A DNA stretch of 64,000 bases from Octopus sinensis (lineage: Eukaryota): positions 144,088,001 through 144,152,000 of the forward strand of contig NC_042997.1 in NCBI RefSeq assembly GCF_006345805.1. Direction: 5' to 3'. Positions 1 to 12,849 of the stretch are shown piece after piece (the stretch's first letter is position 1; every line of letters starts with the position of its first letter). The position numbers and the translations under genes were made by a program. Under the pieces are notes generated by a model. That model searched no databases. It was not told where the DNA came from and worked only from the letters and a program-made list of their open reading frames with translations.

Positions 1-1620
1 TTAGAAAGTTTTATTAAATAAGTATCAACAACAGATTAGTAACTCGTTATGCTAATTAAATTAGATCTACAATCGGATTTCCAGTGCCTCTACCAAGCGC
101 AAATTACAGCTACCAACAATACACCTCCAACAATAGACCGAGAAACTGAATAGTCTATATTTCTCCCTTTGATGTCACAGATGAACTTAGCCAGCAAAAT
201 GTTGCCTTGGTTTTTTTTTTTTTTGTCTTTAAAACAGTAAAATGTTATGTAATCTGATCTTGAGTTTCAATCCTACCGGCCTTGATCTGGTTGAACATCG
301 AGGATATGACGGAAGAGGGGACTCTCATACATTAAAGAACATACAAAACAAATTTGAGAAAAAAAATTGTAGTGAATACATTAATATTTAAATGGTATTC
401 ATTTCAGCTCAGTAGAGTGAAGGATTGTAAAACATAGTACCATGCTCAAGGACACATGCTGCGTGAACGAGTAATCAAACCCACAACCTTATGTTAATGA
501 GTCCAATACTTTAAACATTTGGCCACTGTACAATGTTGCATATTTACTGAATGATATACATCCTATTAATTCAGGGAAACAGAGGCTGTTTAGTTGCAGT
601 GAGAGGAGTACAGACAAAGAAGAGGAAAACAACATCTGTGAGATAGTGATTTTTGTTGTTGTTTTACCACATGTAAAAGTTGATTGAGCAGATGTCTATC
701 ATCAATGGTACTACAGCTGTAAAAATCTCGGGCTATACTGTCCTTCCTTTTTCGAGACTACAGAGTGTAGTTTCGAAGATATTTGTCACTATTTTTAACA
801 AGCTAAGTGACTACGTTGAGATTTTCTCGTTGACTTATATGGATTAATGATTACAGCGTATTAGTGAATGTGTCTTTTTAAGTAAAGAACAAACATAACA
901 GAAGGGAGCGCGAAAAAAATTAATGAACGTTTATGTATATGCTAAAAAGTCTGCATTTATCGTTGATGGTATTTTGTACTGGGTCAGCCTCAGTGGAAGA
1001 GCATATCAGAATAGTCCAGCCACAACTTTTTTCAGGCAGAGTGTTATCTGTTACTATGTTAATAAATGCTTTGCCTTTTCTCTTTTTTTAAGACGGCTGT
1101 TTGAATAGAGAAATAGTTGACTGCTATTTCTAGTAGTTTGAGCAGCCGTGCATGTAATCCCCGTTAGCTCTGCGAGAATTCTAGTTAAAATGGTGTCATT
1201 TAATACAAGTAGAAACAACTGCCACTTCTAAAACCCCACGAGGAAAGAAATCCTTCGGATACTCTGTATCTGCTAAACACAACTAACTTAGGCAAATCAA
1301 AGAATACCGAATTAGTGACAGAACAGCTCGAAGCTAAAACGGAAATTCGATTCCTATATGGAATTAACTATGTTTGAATTTCAGTGCATACTTTACAAAA
1401 TGACAGCTGGAAGTGACCTAGGAACAATGAAAGTGGAATGCTTGAATTCCGTTCTAAACATTAACGATAATCGAATTTAGCTTTAATTCTATTGTATACA
1501 TGATAAGAAAATCACATTTAGTTTCTTCCTTATCCTAAAGACAGTCGTAAAGTGGATGCACGCTTTTGGATGTGTGTAGCATGGGAATGAGAGAAGATAG
1601 AAAAAGAGATTGTATATACA

Positions 1621-1629
1621 TAAGAATTC

Positions 1630-1675
<46 letters not shown>
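1621..1675. repeat. (ATT)n microsatellite, tail/target of the adjacent Dong fragment
   Basis: Direct reading of the tandem ATT tract. Confidence 0.95.
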
Positions 1676-1950
1676 TTGGTTTTGCTCAGGTTCGGTCTTA
1701 TTCCTGGTAGGAATTATGTGGATATTACCTGTAACCTTAGGTATCCGCAAGTTTTCAGCAGACTTTCAAATACTTAGAACCCTGCTGATAATCCTTGCTG
1801 TCCCCAAGAAACAAACTTTCTGTGGGAGCCCTACTGAGCATTCTGTTTCAATCTCCTTCAGCAATTTGTCTATATCATGGCTTACTGTTCCCAACGCACC
1901 AATTAATATAAGCACGACCTTTACTGTTGCTCCAAATTCTTACTATTTCA
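1676..1950 (-). mobile_element. R4/Dong-clade LINE 3' fragment (end of restriction-like endonuclease domain plus 3' UTR)
   Basis: Minus strand reads ..VKVVLILIGALGTVSHDIDKLLKEIETECSVGLPQKVCFLGTARIISRVLSI, the typical R4/Dong C-terminus; flanked by ATT-type repeats on both sides. Confidence 0.8.
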
Positions 1951-1988
1951 GTATTATCATTATTATTATTGTTGTTGTTGTTATTATT

Positions 1989-2050
<62 letters not shown>

Positions 2051-2051
2051 T

Positions 2052-2270
2052 AAGGCAGCGTGCCGGTAGAATCGCTAGCGCGTTGGGAAAAAGGCTTAGC
2101 GGCATTGCTTCTGGCTCTTTGCCATCTCAGTTAAAATCCTGCAGAAAATGACTTTGCTTTACATCCTACCGGGGTCGTTGAAATAAGTACCGGTTAAGCA
2201 CTGGGGGCGAGGTTGATGTAATCGACTAGCTCCTTCCTCCATAATTTCAGTACTATGCCCATCCCACACA
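2052..2270 (+). mobile_element. tRNA-derived SINE, family A (degenerate copy)
   Basis: Similar to many other copies in the window (ggtagaatcgctagc head, ggggtcg..aaataagtaccggtt..gcactgggg body). Confidence 0.75.
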
Positions 2271-2430
2271 AGCCAAACATTCGTACTCTTATTAATAGTG
2301 GTTCTGTGGTATTTTTACATACCATGCTATGTTGTTTTCTTCTGCCCTAATGCTGCGTTCGCATCCAATTAGTCCTTTTCCCCCTCTTTTTCTTGCTACA
2401 TACAGTCTGTCTATTATTATTATTATTATT

Positions 2431-2931
2431 GAGTGAGAGAGCAGTTCATGTCATCAAAGTGACACTGGGGTAAAATATACGAAGCCCAATATACCCATCA
2501 TGACTACCCGTCTGATAAGCGTACACTAGGCACATGCATCACAACCATATGTGCGCGACATGGTGATCTCATATCAAGATAAACAGAACATGACCTTGCA
2601 GGTGGGGCCCAGTTAGAATTTTCTTCAGGTTGAGTAGCCCATCCCGCTCAAACGGTCCCTGAATAAGGGTTGTTTAAGGATGTTGAAAGAATCACCCATG
2701 TTTCCAGAGGTGAATTATTCAAATCCCAAAGAATCCTTCTCAACACATGGCTATGATGCTCCCCCACTACTTCTACTCGTGATCAGAGATGCACATATCG
2801 TCAGCCACTAAGGAGCATGCTCAACTGGTTAAGGTCAAACAACTGACAAGCAAATCTGTGGTATTGAGCAGAATATTTGCTGTAGCCCATCTTTTATACC
2901 AAGACAAAACAATGTACATGATAACACTTCC
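2431..2931 (-). mobile_element. Unclassified (AAT)n-bounded non-coding element, family C, 5'-truncated copy
   Basis: Highly similar to 21696-22254 and 17215-17493; ATT tracts on both sides. Confidence 0.85.
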
Positions 2932-2944
2932 ATTATTATTACTA

Positions 2945-3000
<56 letters not shown>

Positions 3001-4960
3001 GGAATATTCTTTCAATTTTGTTTCTATTTCTTGTCGAGTGTCTTCTTGACAACTAGGGCAGAGAAACGCACTGTATACATTTGTAGGCCAGTAAAACAAA
3101 CACACCAGATTGTTCATTTACAGAGTAATGTGATAGAGAAAAAAAGGAAGACAAGGAGAGAAAGGAAAAAATGAAATTAGAAAAGTAAACAAATAAAATA
3201 AAAGGGGGAAAAGGAAAGAAAGTTCACAGCGACAATGCTCTTCTCAATACGTGTGACGTAGCAGTTAAGACAAACTTTTGCACTTCCTGCATGCATGGTA
3301 AGCCATGGATCATTCTTAAATAATTTTCACTTCCTTTTTTGATCATTCCAAGTACTCCTACAATCACTGGTATTGTAACCGTCTTGAGATGCCACATCTT
3401 TTCAGTTTCAATTAGCAAATCTTTATATTTTCTGAGCTTATCAAATTATTTTGCTGAGATATTATGGGCACAGATTATGCTCATGTTAATCAATAAACAG
3501 ACTTTATTGCTTTTGTTTTTCACACCATCTGGTTTATTTGCCTTGATGGCCCAGTCTGTACATACTGAGAAGTTCCAAAGAATAGTTATATTTTCTCCTT
3601 CAGATATATGCCTCAGTTTGTTGCTTGTACTATTTGTCAGAAGTTTTTATTTTATAATGCCGACACATTATCCAATGTAGATATTGGCCAACTCTGTCAT
3701 GTCTTGATTTTTACTCTACAAGTGCTAAAATCATACATCCAGAGATTAAGTGGCCCACTGTTCCTATCCCATCGTTGCAATATCGGCACTTTGGATCTAC
3801 ACCATTTTTCATCACATTGGCTTGATAGTTCCGGGTCAATAAGCTCTGATCTTGAGCAGCTAAGATAAAGCCTTTACTCTCTGCCTTTAGCCCTGAGCTC
3901 CGTAGCCATTGATGGGTGTGCTTCTGGTCCATATTTGCCATGCAGAGGTTTTTGTTCCCGCCTATCAGCCAATTGTTCGAGCGCATTTTGCTTTGCTATT
4001 GATTTCACCTTTGCAACTACAGTTGCTGTACTTCCTTCATATTACTCAACCTGGGTATTATGCATAAACTCATTTGAAAATTTGTTGCTTTCTTTCATAA
4101 CAGAATGAAGCTTCTTACGTCTTCCATGGTTTTCAACGAGCTTTAGCATCCAGTCGTTAGATGTTTCAAGATATTTTGACTGTCCAATTGTGGTGACTTT
4201 GTAAAAGATTTCAGATTGGACCAAGCCTCGATCTCCTTGAGCTCTGGATAGGTAAAGACGATCTGTGTCTGCTTTTGGGTGGTACATCTTATTGCAAGTC
4301 AGCAGCTTACGGATTTTCTTGTCAATCTTCCTCATTTCGCTCATATTCCAGTTTCACACATTGAAACTGTAAACAACAACCGGAACTGCTAAGGAATTTA
4401 TAGCTAAACCTTTTTGCATGCATTTAACTCGGATTTTAGGACTGCTCGAACACCCCTGTAGCACTCCTTCCTGATCTTTTCTTTCATACTTGCATGTTGA
4501 ATGTCAGAGCCCTCATTTATTCCGAGGTTTTTGTAAGTTTGTTCCTGTTCGGGTTCTTTTATGACTGTGTCAACATCCAACACCACTGAATGTGAGGTCT
4601 TCAGTTTCCCTTCCTGGAAAGTGTCCTTGGAACATTTATCAAGACCAAATTTCATTCCAATGTCATCATTGACTGCTTCCACAGTACGTAGTAATGCTTC
4701 AAACTCATTATCGTCCTTGCCATAGAGTTTTAAGTCATCCATATAAAATAGATGACTTATTTTCTTGTCGTCGATTTTATACCCATACTCTGTTCTGTTA
4801 AGTTCACTTGTAAGGGGTATTAAGGCTATGCAGAAAATTAACGGTGAAAATAAGTCACCTTGGAAAATTTTGCAGTTGATATTAATATTTTTTGTGGTCG
4901 GTACTCCATTAGAGTGGTATAATTGAAGAATCGTGTTCCACATTGACATGTACATTGATA
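3001..4960 (-). mobile_element. R4/Dong-clade LINE copy A, 5'-truncated and degraded (RT, CCHC finger, REL endonuclease, 3' UTR, AAT tail)
   Basis: IFQGDLFSPLIFC, HLFYMDDLKLY, RLYLSRAQGDRGL, AAQDQSLLTRNY..CRYC..TVGHLISGC, KPD, LWHLKTVTIPVIVGVLG; multiple stops and frameshifts. Confidence 0.92.
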
Positions 4961-4964
4961 TTGG

Positions 4965-6975
4965 ATTGTCTTTCTGGTTTTACAATTTATATCTCTTAGT
5001 TTCTACTTAGTCCAAGTCAGGAAAGCAGCCGAATATAGTATTAGAGAAACCACCCATGTGTTTACAGCAGAGATGTTTTTCCCTCCTTTCAGTTTTGAGC
5101 TTAACACTTTTTTTTAACTCTCCTGAGATATTCATTTCTTATCTTCTCTTTCATTTCTTGACAGAAAATTCTATCTGCCTCAAAAACTCCTAAGTACTTC
5201 CAACTGTTACCCTCATTCGTTGCTCGGGCTGATGTTTCATCTAGGAGTTTAATCCCTCCTGACTTGGATATTTTTCAACTCCTAATTGTTAGCACCGCAC
5301 TTTATCCATTCCAAACTCCATGCCAATGTCATCAATCACAACTCACTCTGACAGTCTAAATCAGTGGATCTAAAGCTTTCTCACTTATAGCAAACAATAT
5401 AATTCCAGGTCGTCCATAACAGGAGGTAGTTTATTTTCCCACCAGTATTAAATTCAGAGCATGATTTAGCTTCTCTCAAGCTCAATACTATAGGGATAAC
5501 AGCAACGAAGAACAGCAGTATAGAACAGCAGTATAGAACAGCAGTATAGAGAGTGAATCAACTTGGAATATTCCCCTACTTATGCTGACTTTACCTAAGT
5601 TATCTTAATCTGATGTTAATATAGTTCTCCATTTTGGCATACTATTTTGTAAGAGCTGGACAACGTTTTCAGCTATTCCAAGCATACTGGGGCATTCTAA
5701 AATCTATGAGTGTAGCACGCTATCATACATCCTTTGCAATAACACCAGTTAACAACTTCAACATCAGCGGAAGGCAAGTGATTGGCCGGTAGTTAGATGC
5801 TATATTTTCTTCCTTCTGATCTTTCAGTATCAATACCGTCCTGCCTTTTGTCATCCATTTAGGAACATCACCTATCTCATATACAACTATTTTTTTGCGT
5901 GCTCATTCTATTGTGAAAAGCAGTGAAACGTTTTAGCCAAAATCCCTGGATCAAATCTAGTCCAGGAGATTTTCGTTTTGGCATCCCTTTCAAGTCATAT
6001 TTCAACTATTCTGTGATCTCTATGCTTCTCTTGTGACAAATCTGCGTTGTTTGCTGTTATCATTTTTAATCATTCTGCTTCGCCATTGTGTTTCACTTCG
6101 TGGCTAAAAATATTTCTTCGGAATTCTTTTCTTGTTAGGCAGTGCATTCACTATAACATCTCCATTTATTCCCTTGTAAAATCTTTGATCTATTTTGAAC
6201 AACTTATTTTGTTTACACTGTTCAATTCTGCTCTTGTATCTCTTGATCCTGGCAAATTTCGCTTTTATCCTTTGTCTTAATTCTTCCATCACTCTCCTAT
6301 GTCCTTTGCTTCTGCCAATAATTTCGTTTGATTGATTCACAGAACCTAGTTTTAATCTTATCCCTGTTTCTAAGGATCTCTACCCTTGCAAGGTCTTTTT
6401 GCAACTGGTCTACCTTTCCCTGCAATCGCCTTTTCCATCGGGTGTCTCTTTGAGGTTGTGATATCTTCACTCCAAGTCTTTCAGTTCTTACCACTGCTGC
6501 TGCATGTGGAGGCACATGGCCTAGTGGTTGGAGCATGACCTAGTGGTCAGTTCGAATCTCAGACCGGGCGATGTGTGTGTTTATGAGCGAAACACCTAAG
6601 CTCCACGCGGCTCCGGCAGAAGTTAATGGTGAACTTCTCCTGACTCTTTTGCCACAACTTTCTCTCACTCTTTCCTACTGCATCTTGCAGCTCACCTGCG
6701 ACGGACCGGCGTCCCATCCAGGTGGGGAACCTATACGCCAAGAAAACAGGGAAACCGGCCCTAATGAGCCAGGTATGGCTCGAGAAGGAACAAACTGCTG
6801 CGGCATACATCTATTTGTTGGTCATGGTGGTGTCATTACTTCTGATTTTGTCCAAGACTTGCTTAACTGTGTCTCTTTCACAATTATGTTCTTTATCTTT
6901 TTCTTTCATCTGGCTGAGTAATATCACGAAGTCTGTCATCAATACCCACCATACAAACAACAAATTCCTCCAGAC
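4965..6975 (-). mobile_element. R4/Dong-clade LINE copy B (N-terminal region and RT), degraded, interrupted by a SINE
   Basis: RWKRRLQGKVDQLQKDL, EELRQRIKAKFARIKRY, GRTVLILKD..NYRPITCLPLMLKLLTG, VMDDLEL, KYLG..EMKEKIRNEYLRRV..AVNTW read on the minus strand. Confidence 0.85.
6506..6793 (+). mobile_element. tRNA-headed SINE (family D) with V-domain-like core, inserted in Dong copy B
   Basis: A box tggcctagtggtt, B box gttcgaatc, core ctgcgacggaccggcgtcccatccagg; 13-bp TSD actgctgc(t/g)gcat at 6493-6505 and 6794-6806. Confidence 0.85.
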
Positions 6976-7565
6976 ACTTCTCATCTCCAGAAGATATTCC
7001 ACTCCCCGATTCCGAGCGATCAGACATCACATGTAGCTAGTCTGATCAGGGCGAGCAGTAGGAAATAAAAAATAAAAGAAGAAAAGATAAGAAATACAAA
7101 CCCGCAGACAAAGAACAATCCTCGTCCACACAAACAGTGGCGAGGATTTAAAAAACCCTGAAAAGCTAAAAATACCCAAAACAGTACATCACTAGCACTG
7201 CCACAAACAGCTGAAACAGTACTTGAATCAACAAACCACAAGCACAACCAATGCCACATACACAAGAACAACAACAACGGCAGCAGCAACAGCAGCAGCA
7301 AATACAAAGTAAAAGCAGTACTATTACAAACTACACGGCAATTAACTAAAAAAAAAATGCGAATCTTATGAATTACATAAAATTACACACAAATATAACA
7401 GATTTTGTTACACCCAGAATCTCCGCACCTACACACGTACAAGTCATTCAAACAGCACAAGACGCATACACACACCTAAAAACGAAATTCCCGCAGGAAA
7501 TCGGAGATTCTCGAGGGAATATGACCAGGAGAATACTTGGTCATTTTCTAGCGGAAACACCCCAA
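6976..7565 (+). mobile_element. A/C-rich segment, possibly decayed ORF1 of the downstream Tx1-like LINE
   Basis: Composition resembles ORF1 of the Tx1-like element at 31210-33470; no diagnostic motif. Confidence 0.25.
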
Positions 7566-7569
7566 TCCA

Positions 7570-8520
7570 ACAAGAGTGACAAACTGCCCGTTGGTCAGGC
7601 TGTCTACCTGCTGTCAGCACCTACTACATGGTGGACTGGGCATGCCGTGGTTGATGATGCACAAACATGTGCTAAGGTTACATCGCCTGCGCTTCATTGA
7701 CGGTGAACAAGTGTGGTCGCCTTTCGCCAGACACGTATTTCCCCAGCAGGTCTTGTTAACGAAGCTGCAATTCTGTGTCAAACAGAGACTGAGAGAAGGC
7801 ATTTGGAAAATGGAATATCTTCAAGCGCTCACAGTCCTCAAGTCCAGTTTAGCTTTCTATAGAGGATTAGTGGATGAAAAGTTCGACGACTTTCTTGGGG
7901 AAACCTTGGGCGTCGAAGAAGATCAGTTAGCGGCTATCTTCCGGAGAACTTTCGGCCTGGGACCGATGGATAATTTGTAAAAATCTCTGACCTGGCTTCG
8001 TCTGTTCCGGATAAACTATACAGGTACAGAAGTGCCTGACAACATAGTATGTCTGTCCTGCATGCACTCGTCCAGTGCCCAAGCATTGCTCAGCTGTGGG
8101 TTTATGTCGAACACCTGCTGTCGCGTGTGGGACGGATCCGGTTATCAACTGAATCCATCATGGAGATCGTCCCGCCGCCTTCTTTTCACCGGGAAGGGCA
8201 GGCTGTCTTTATATGCCTGGTGACCATGGCGAAATAGGTTGTATGGTGAAAGAGACTGAAAGGGCTGAAGACAAACACTTTTCTTTTTGGCCAATGCTTG
8301 ATCAATTTCATGTTTCACTTGAAAAGAAGAATAAGGGTGGAGTGGGAAGTGTTGCCTTCTAGCCATTTTGCTGAAAGGTGGATGAGAGTTGGCGAGAATG
8401 GTGCGAGTGAACGAGCCTGCTCTGAGAATACACCCCTAATCGGAGAAGAAGAAATGAGAAAAGATACCTGCCCCAGAAGTCAGTGCAGTCGTGGTTTTAT
8501 GGGGTTTTCTATGAGTAGCC
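7570..8520 (+). mobile_element. Tx1/L1-group LINE 3' portion (zf-RVT/CCHC region), degraded
   Basis: TVLHALVQCPSIAQLWVYVEHLLSRVGR, LINFMFHLKRRIRVE..FAERWMRV, typical of the Tx1 ORF2 C-terminus. Confidence 0.75.
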
Positions 8521-8742
8521 CTCGTTCATCAATTTCTCTATTGCGGATTATACATTGTTAATAATGTCTTTATTTTTATTACGTTAAACCTGTTTACACA
8601 CAAAACTCTCACCACACACACACAAACACACACACACACACGCACACATTCTTTGTTTTTGTCCTGTACTATCCATAATATTTGTATTAATATAAACCCT
8701 TTGTGGTCAATAAAGAAACCATCATGTCCTTTTAGTAGAAAG

Positions 8743-8750
8743 GATTATTA

Positions 8751-8794
<44 letters not shown>

Positions 8795-8972
8795 GCTGTT
8801 GTTGTTGTTGTCTTCTTTCAATCTTGTTTCCTTTTGTTGCTGAGAGTCTTCTTGACACCAAGGGCAGACACTAACCGTATTTTGTTGTTATCATTATAAT
8901 AATAATAATTATTATTATTATTATTATTACTGTTGTTGTTATTGCTCTTGTTGTTATTGTTGTTGTTACGGT

Positions 8973-9007
<35 letters not shown>

Positions 9008-9052
9008 TTACTACTACTACTATTATTATTATTGTTATTATTATTATTATTA

Positions 9053-9090
<38 letters not shown>

Positions 9091-9103
9091 ATTATTATTA
9101 TTA

Positions 9104-9149
<46 letters not shown>

Positions 9150-9155
9150 CATTAT
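8743..9155. repeat. Compound (ATT)/(GTT)/(ACT)n microsatellite containing a short Dong 3' end (about 8805-8875, minus)
   Basis: Tandem repeats; ttctttcaatcttgtttcc..tcttcttgacaccaagggcag resembles 3006-3065, the 3' UTR of Dong copy A. Confidence 0.85.
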
Positions 9156-10023
9156 GCTAACGGACAATCTACCACTATATTGCTTATCTCTTGTTTCTGT
9201 GATAAATTTCCACCTGGATACGACGTCTGAGTTTTACAGCTAGTTCTTACTTTTTTTTCTCAGTCGGTGTAGTTTTGACTCCGTACTTCAAACTAACGAA
9301 TTACTAGACTCTTATCAGTAGCCCAGTAATCTACAGCACGATGTAATTACTTGGTGTTAAGTCGACTGGGCCAGTGAGACCTATGAGGTTTGATTATCAT
9401 CAGATCTTCCTTATCAACTCAGCAATACTTGGTTCCAAATGTGTGCAATTCGTGTGCGTGTGTGTGTGTGAGGGCGTCTGTGTATGTATGCACACACACG
9501 CACACACACGCACGCACACATATGTATATATATACATTATATACATATTCATACACACACATATTCACACACAGACACACGCGCACGCACGCACACACAT
9601 ATATATATATACATTATATACATATTCATACACACACATATTCACACACACACACACGCGTATATATCCTTATATATATACACTCACAGGTACATATGAA
9701 AGTTAAGTTATTTATATATATAAAGATTATATATGTCCATAAACTTGTAAGCAAACTGTATATTTTTGTAGGTGTATATATGTATGTGTGTATGTATACA
9801 CATAGACACTCACATGCCATTCCGTAGTATACATGTTTACGTGCGTGCGTGTGTGTGTGTGTGTGTGTGTATGTATGTCTATATGCGTGTATGTGTGCAC
9901 ACGTGCATTTACGTATAGTTCATGATTCTTTCATTCTTCATTTATATTAAGAGCTAGTTTCTAAAGCACACATACACATAGACACAGAAACACGTATGTA
10001 TGTATGTATGTATGTATGTCATT

Positions 10024-10391
10024 ATTACTTTTGCTTTAACGAAGGCGGAGGTATTATTTTCAGTCGTGTTTGTTTGTTTATTCGTGGGCAAGATATCTCA
10101 AGAATCACTGAATGGATTTGGATGAAATTTTCAGGGATGTTTGGCCTCGTGACTGGCACGAGCCAATTGGATTTTGGGATCGATCCGGTACCGGACGAGG
10201 ATTCTGGATTATTTTTCCTGTATTTTCACTTAATTTTTGAGAGCAGTTCGTGTTCATTTTTAGTATTCTCGTTTGTGAAAGCAGTCGAGTTTATTCTAGA
10301 TATTCTCATTTTAAAACATCATCTCTGGCTAATCGTTAAGAGGACGTTAGTGTTTTCTTGGCAGAGGATTGCGCTCTCTGAGTACTTCTGT
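10024..10391 (+). mobile_element. Non-autonomous Helentron/DINE-1-like element inserted in a family F repeat
   Basis: 5' ttatt..gaaggcggaggt and 3' ttggcagagg subterminal repeats, 3' gcgctctctgagtac hairpin, (TTTG)n near the 5' end; flanks rejoin as tatgtcattatt-cagttttatttcaag. Confidence 0.7.
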
Positions 10392-10728
10392 TCAGTTTTA
10401 TTTCAAGGTTTCTTGCCAATAGAGGAAGATCCAATTTCTAATCTAGATCCATGGCTCCTTGTCCGGAAAGCTCGGTGATTCAAAAGGGGGCAACAAAACA
10501 TCCAGATAGACGATACAAAGAAAACAAGGACGGGTTATTCGAAGTTTTCTTTCCTCAGTCAAGCACCAGATTATCCTCGCAACTTCGGCTGATTATTTTT
10601 GAGATTGCTCCAATCTGGCCAGCCCCAAGGAAAAACTAAGCTAAGAGCATTAGATTCATGTTTTGTTGTCCCCTCTTTGTATCATCTAGCTGTCCGGATG
10701 TTTTGCGTTCTTGTCCCATTTTGTATTT

Positions 10729-10785
<57 letters not shown>

Positions 10786-10878
10786 CGGCGTACGTACACT
10801 TTGGTCTCTTATATATATAAGTATTGATCATAGTATTCTCTTTCTCATTAATTTTATGAAATGTTCACATCCGCTATA

Positions 10879-11030
10879 CATCAACTCCAGTGCTCAACTG
10901 GTATTATTTTATCGACCCCCGAAAGGATGAGTGGCGAAGCCGACTTCGGCGGAATTTGAACTCAGGTCGTAAAGGCGGACGAAATGCCGCTAAGCATTTT
11001 GCCTGGCGTGCTGACGATTCAGCCATCTCA
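10879..11030 (-). mobile_element. SINE family A
   Basis: Reverse complement of the family A head and body (B box gagttcaaattcc). Confidence 0.85.
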
Positions 11031-11125
11031 AATGTAAAACTGATATGTTGTACTTGTCCAGAAAAAAAAGGTGGGAGAGGTTTGATCATATGTCAGGATT
11101 CTATTGAAGCTTGAAGGAACCAGAA
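11030..11125 (+). mobile_element. Tiny R4/Dong RT-thumb fragment
   Basis: LYLSRKKGGRGLI-like motif across a frameshift. Confidence 0.55.
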
Positions 11126-11399
11126 AATGTGAACATTATGAAATGTTCACATCTGCTTCTCAACCAGTTTTCCAAGTTAGTTGTGCTTACGTTTAGTGGA
11201 TGTTTGGCTGGGAATGTGCCACCAAAACTCTTTGTGCTGCACTGTGTGAATGTTCTCAGGGGCAGAAGTTACTTTTTATATTTGTCTGAGAGTAATCTTT
11301 CTAGACAAACAACATTATATATATATCATTTTAGCATCGACGCCATGCCACCTGGTATGGAAGTAATTTGGTATTTGTGGAAGTAGTCGATCGCATATT

Positions 11400-11616
11400 T
11401 AATAATCCTTTCTACTATAGGCACAATGTCAGAAATTTAGGGAAGGGGAATAGTCGATTACATCTACCCCTGTGTTCAACCGGTACTTATTTTATCGACT
11501 CCAAAAGGATAAATGGCAAGTCGACCTCGACGGGATTTGAACTGAGAACGTAAGGACGGACGAACTGCAGCTAAGCATTTTGCCCGGCGTGTTAACGATT
11601 CTGCCAGCTCACCACC
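11400..11616 (-). mobile_element. SINE family A
   Basis: Full head ggtggtgagctggcagaatcgttaac on the minus strand. Confidence 0.88.
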
Positions 11617-11869
11617 GAAAATCGCGTGTATAATAATAATGACTGTTACATAATGGGCTTTTCCGCCGCATTTTATGTTTTGGAGTGTTTTTACTGCCTC
11701 TGTCTTTGATGTGTTCTCTCTCTCTCTCTCTGTCTCTCTCTCTCACACACTGTCTGTCGGTCTGTCCGTCTCTCTGTCTGTCTCTCTCTCCTCTCCCTCT
11801 TTCTCTCTGTTGTTCCATATGTTTTTTTTAAAGCTATACCTGCATTTGGACTGCTGGTACATATTCTCA

Positions 11870-12200
11870 TTCAATCCTGGCACTCCGCCGGTTACGATGA
11901 CGAGGGTTCCATTTGATCTGATCAACGGAACAATCTGCTCGTGAAATTAGCCTGCGAGTGGCTGAGCGCTCCACAGACACAAGTACCTTTAACGTAGTTC
12001 TAAGGGAGATTGAGTGTGACACAAAATGCAACAAGGCTGGTTCTTTGAAATACAGGTACTGCTAATTTTTGCCAGCTAAGTGGACCGGAATAACATGAAA
12101 AGAAGTGTCTTGCTCATTGACACAACGTACCACCGGGAATCGAATTCACGACGTTATGATAATGAGCCGTATACCCTAACCACTGAACTAAGTACCCTCA
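11870..12200 (-). mobile_element. tRNA-derived SINE family E
   Basis: Minus head tagttcagtggttagggtatacggctc..gaattcgattccc; related pieces at about 400-530, 17495-17660, 35225-35440 and 52330-52430. Confidence 0.75.
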
Positions 12201-12269
12201 TTCACATTCAATAATCCTTAGGCGAGATTCACAACGGAGTGTTACTCTCACATCTGAGGCGGTGTCGCT

Positions 12270-12630
12270 ACGCACATAGACATCCTAGAACTGCATTCAG
12301 AAAAGGACTATCCAACTAATTGGTATAGATACTCAAAGACATGGTCCAGTCTGGCCCACTCGTGCGCTGATTCATCTCCCAAACTTTGCTACCGCTACTA
12401 TAATGTCCTCTACTCCTCTAAGTTAACTTGACTCATGCCACCTCCACTCAGAAATTCCCGACTCTAGTCTCTCCTCCTTTCAACTTTCATAGCTCCTCAA
12501 GCTCCAAACTAATCTCTGTACCCATTTCTTTCTTTCCAGAATGTTGGCCCTCTGGAATTCTCCCCCTACCGCTCATATTTTTTCTACAGTTTGTGATTTA
12601 CAATGGTCCAAAATTAACAATAATGACATC
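12270..12630 (+). mobile_element. CR1-group (Zenon-like) LINE 3' end, degraded
   Basis: RIQKRTIQLIG..YRYYN..SS.L..LMPPP..LALWNSPP; similar to 50930-51200. Confidence 0.6.
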
Positions 12631-12632
12631 GT

Positions 12633-12840
12633 TTAAGGCGGCGAGCTGGCAGAATCGTTAGCACACCGAGCAAAATGTTTAACTGCATTTCGTCCCTCTT
12701 TACATCCTGTGTTCAAATTTTGCCGTGTTCAATTTCAGGGTCGATAAAATAAGGACCAGTTGAACACTTGGGTCGATATAATCGACTAGGCCCCCTCCCA
12801 CAAAATTGCTTATTTTGTACCAAAATTTGAAACCAATGTT
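12633..12840 (+). mobile_element. SINE family A
   Basis: aaggcggcgagctggcagaatcgttagc head, gttcaaatt B box. Confidence 0.9.
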
Positions 12841-12849
12841 ATGCTAATT

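Noticed and set aside
10530-10575. Minus-strand CTGAGGA-AAG(aaaa)CTT-c-GAAT hammerhead-like motif
   Set aside because: Lacks A15.1 and a pairable stem I and III; at best a decayed remnant
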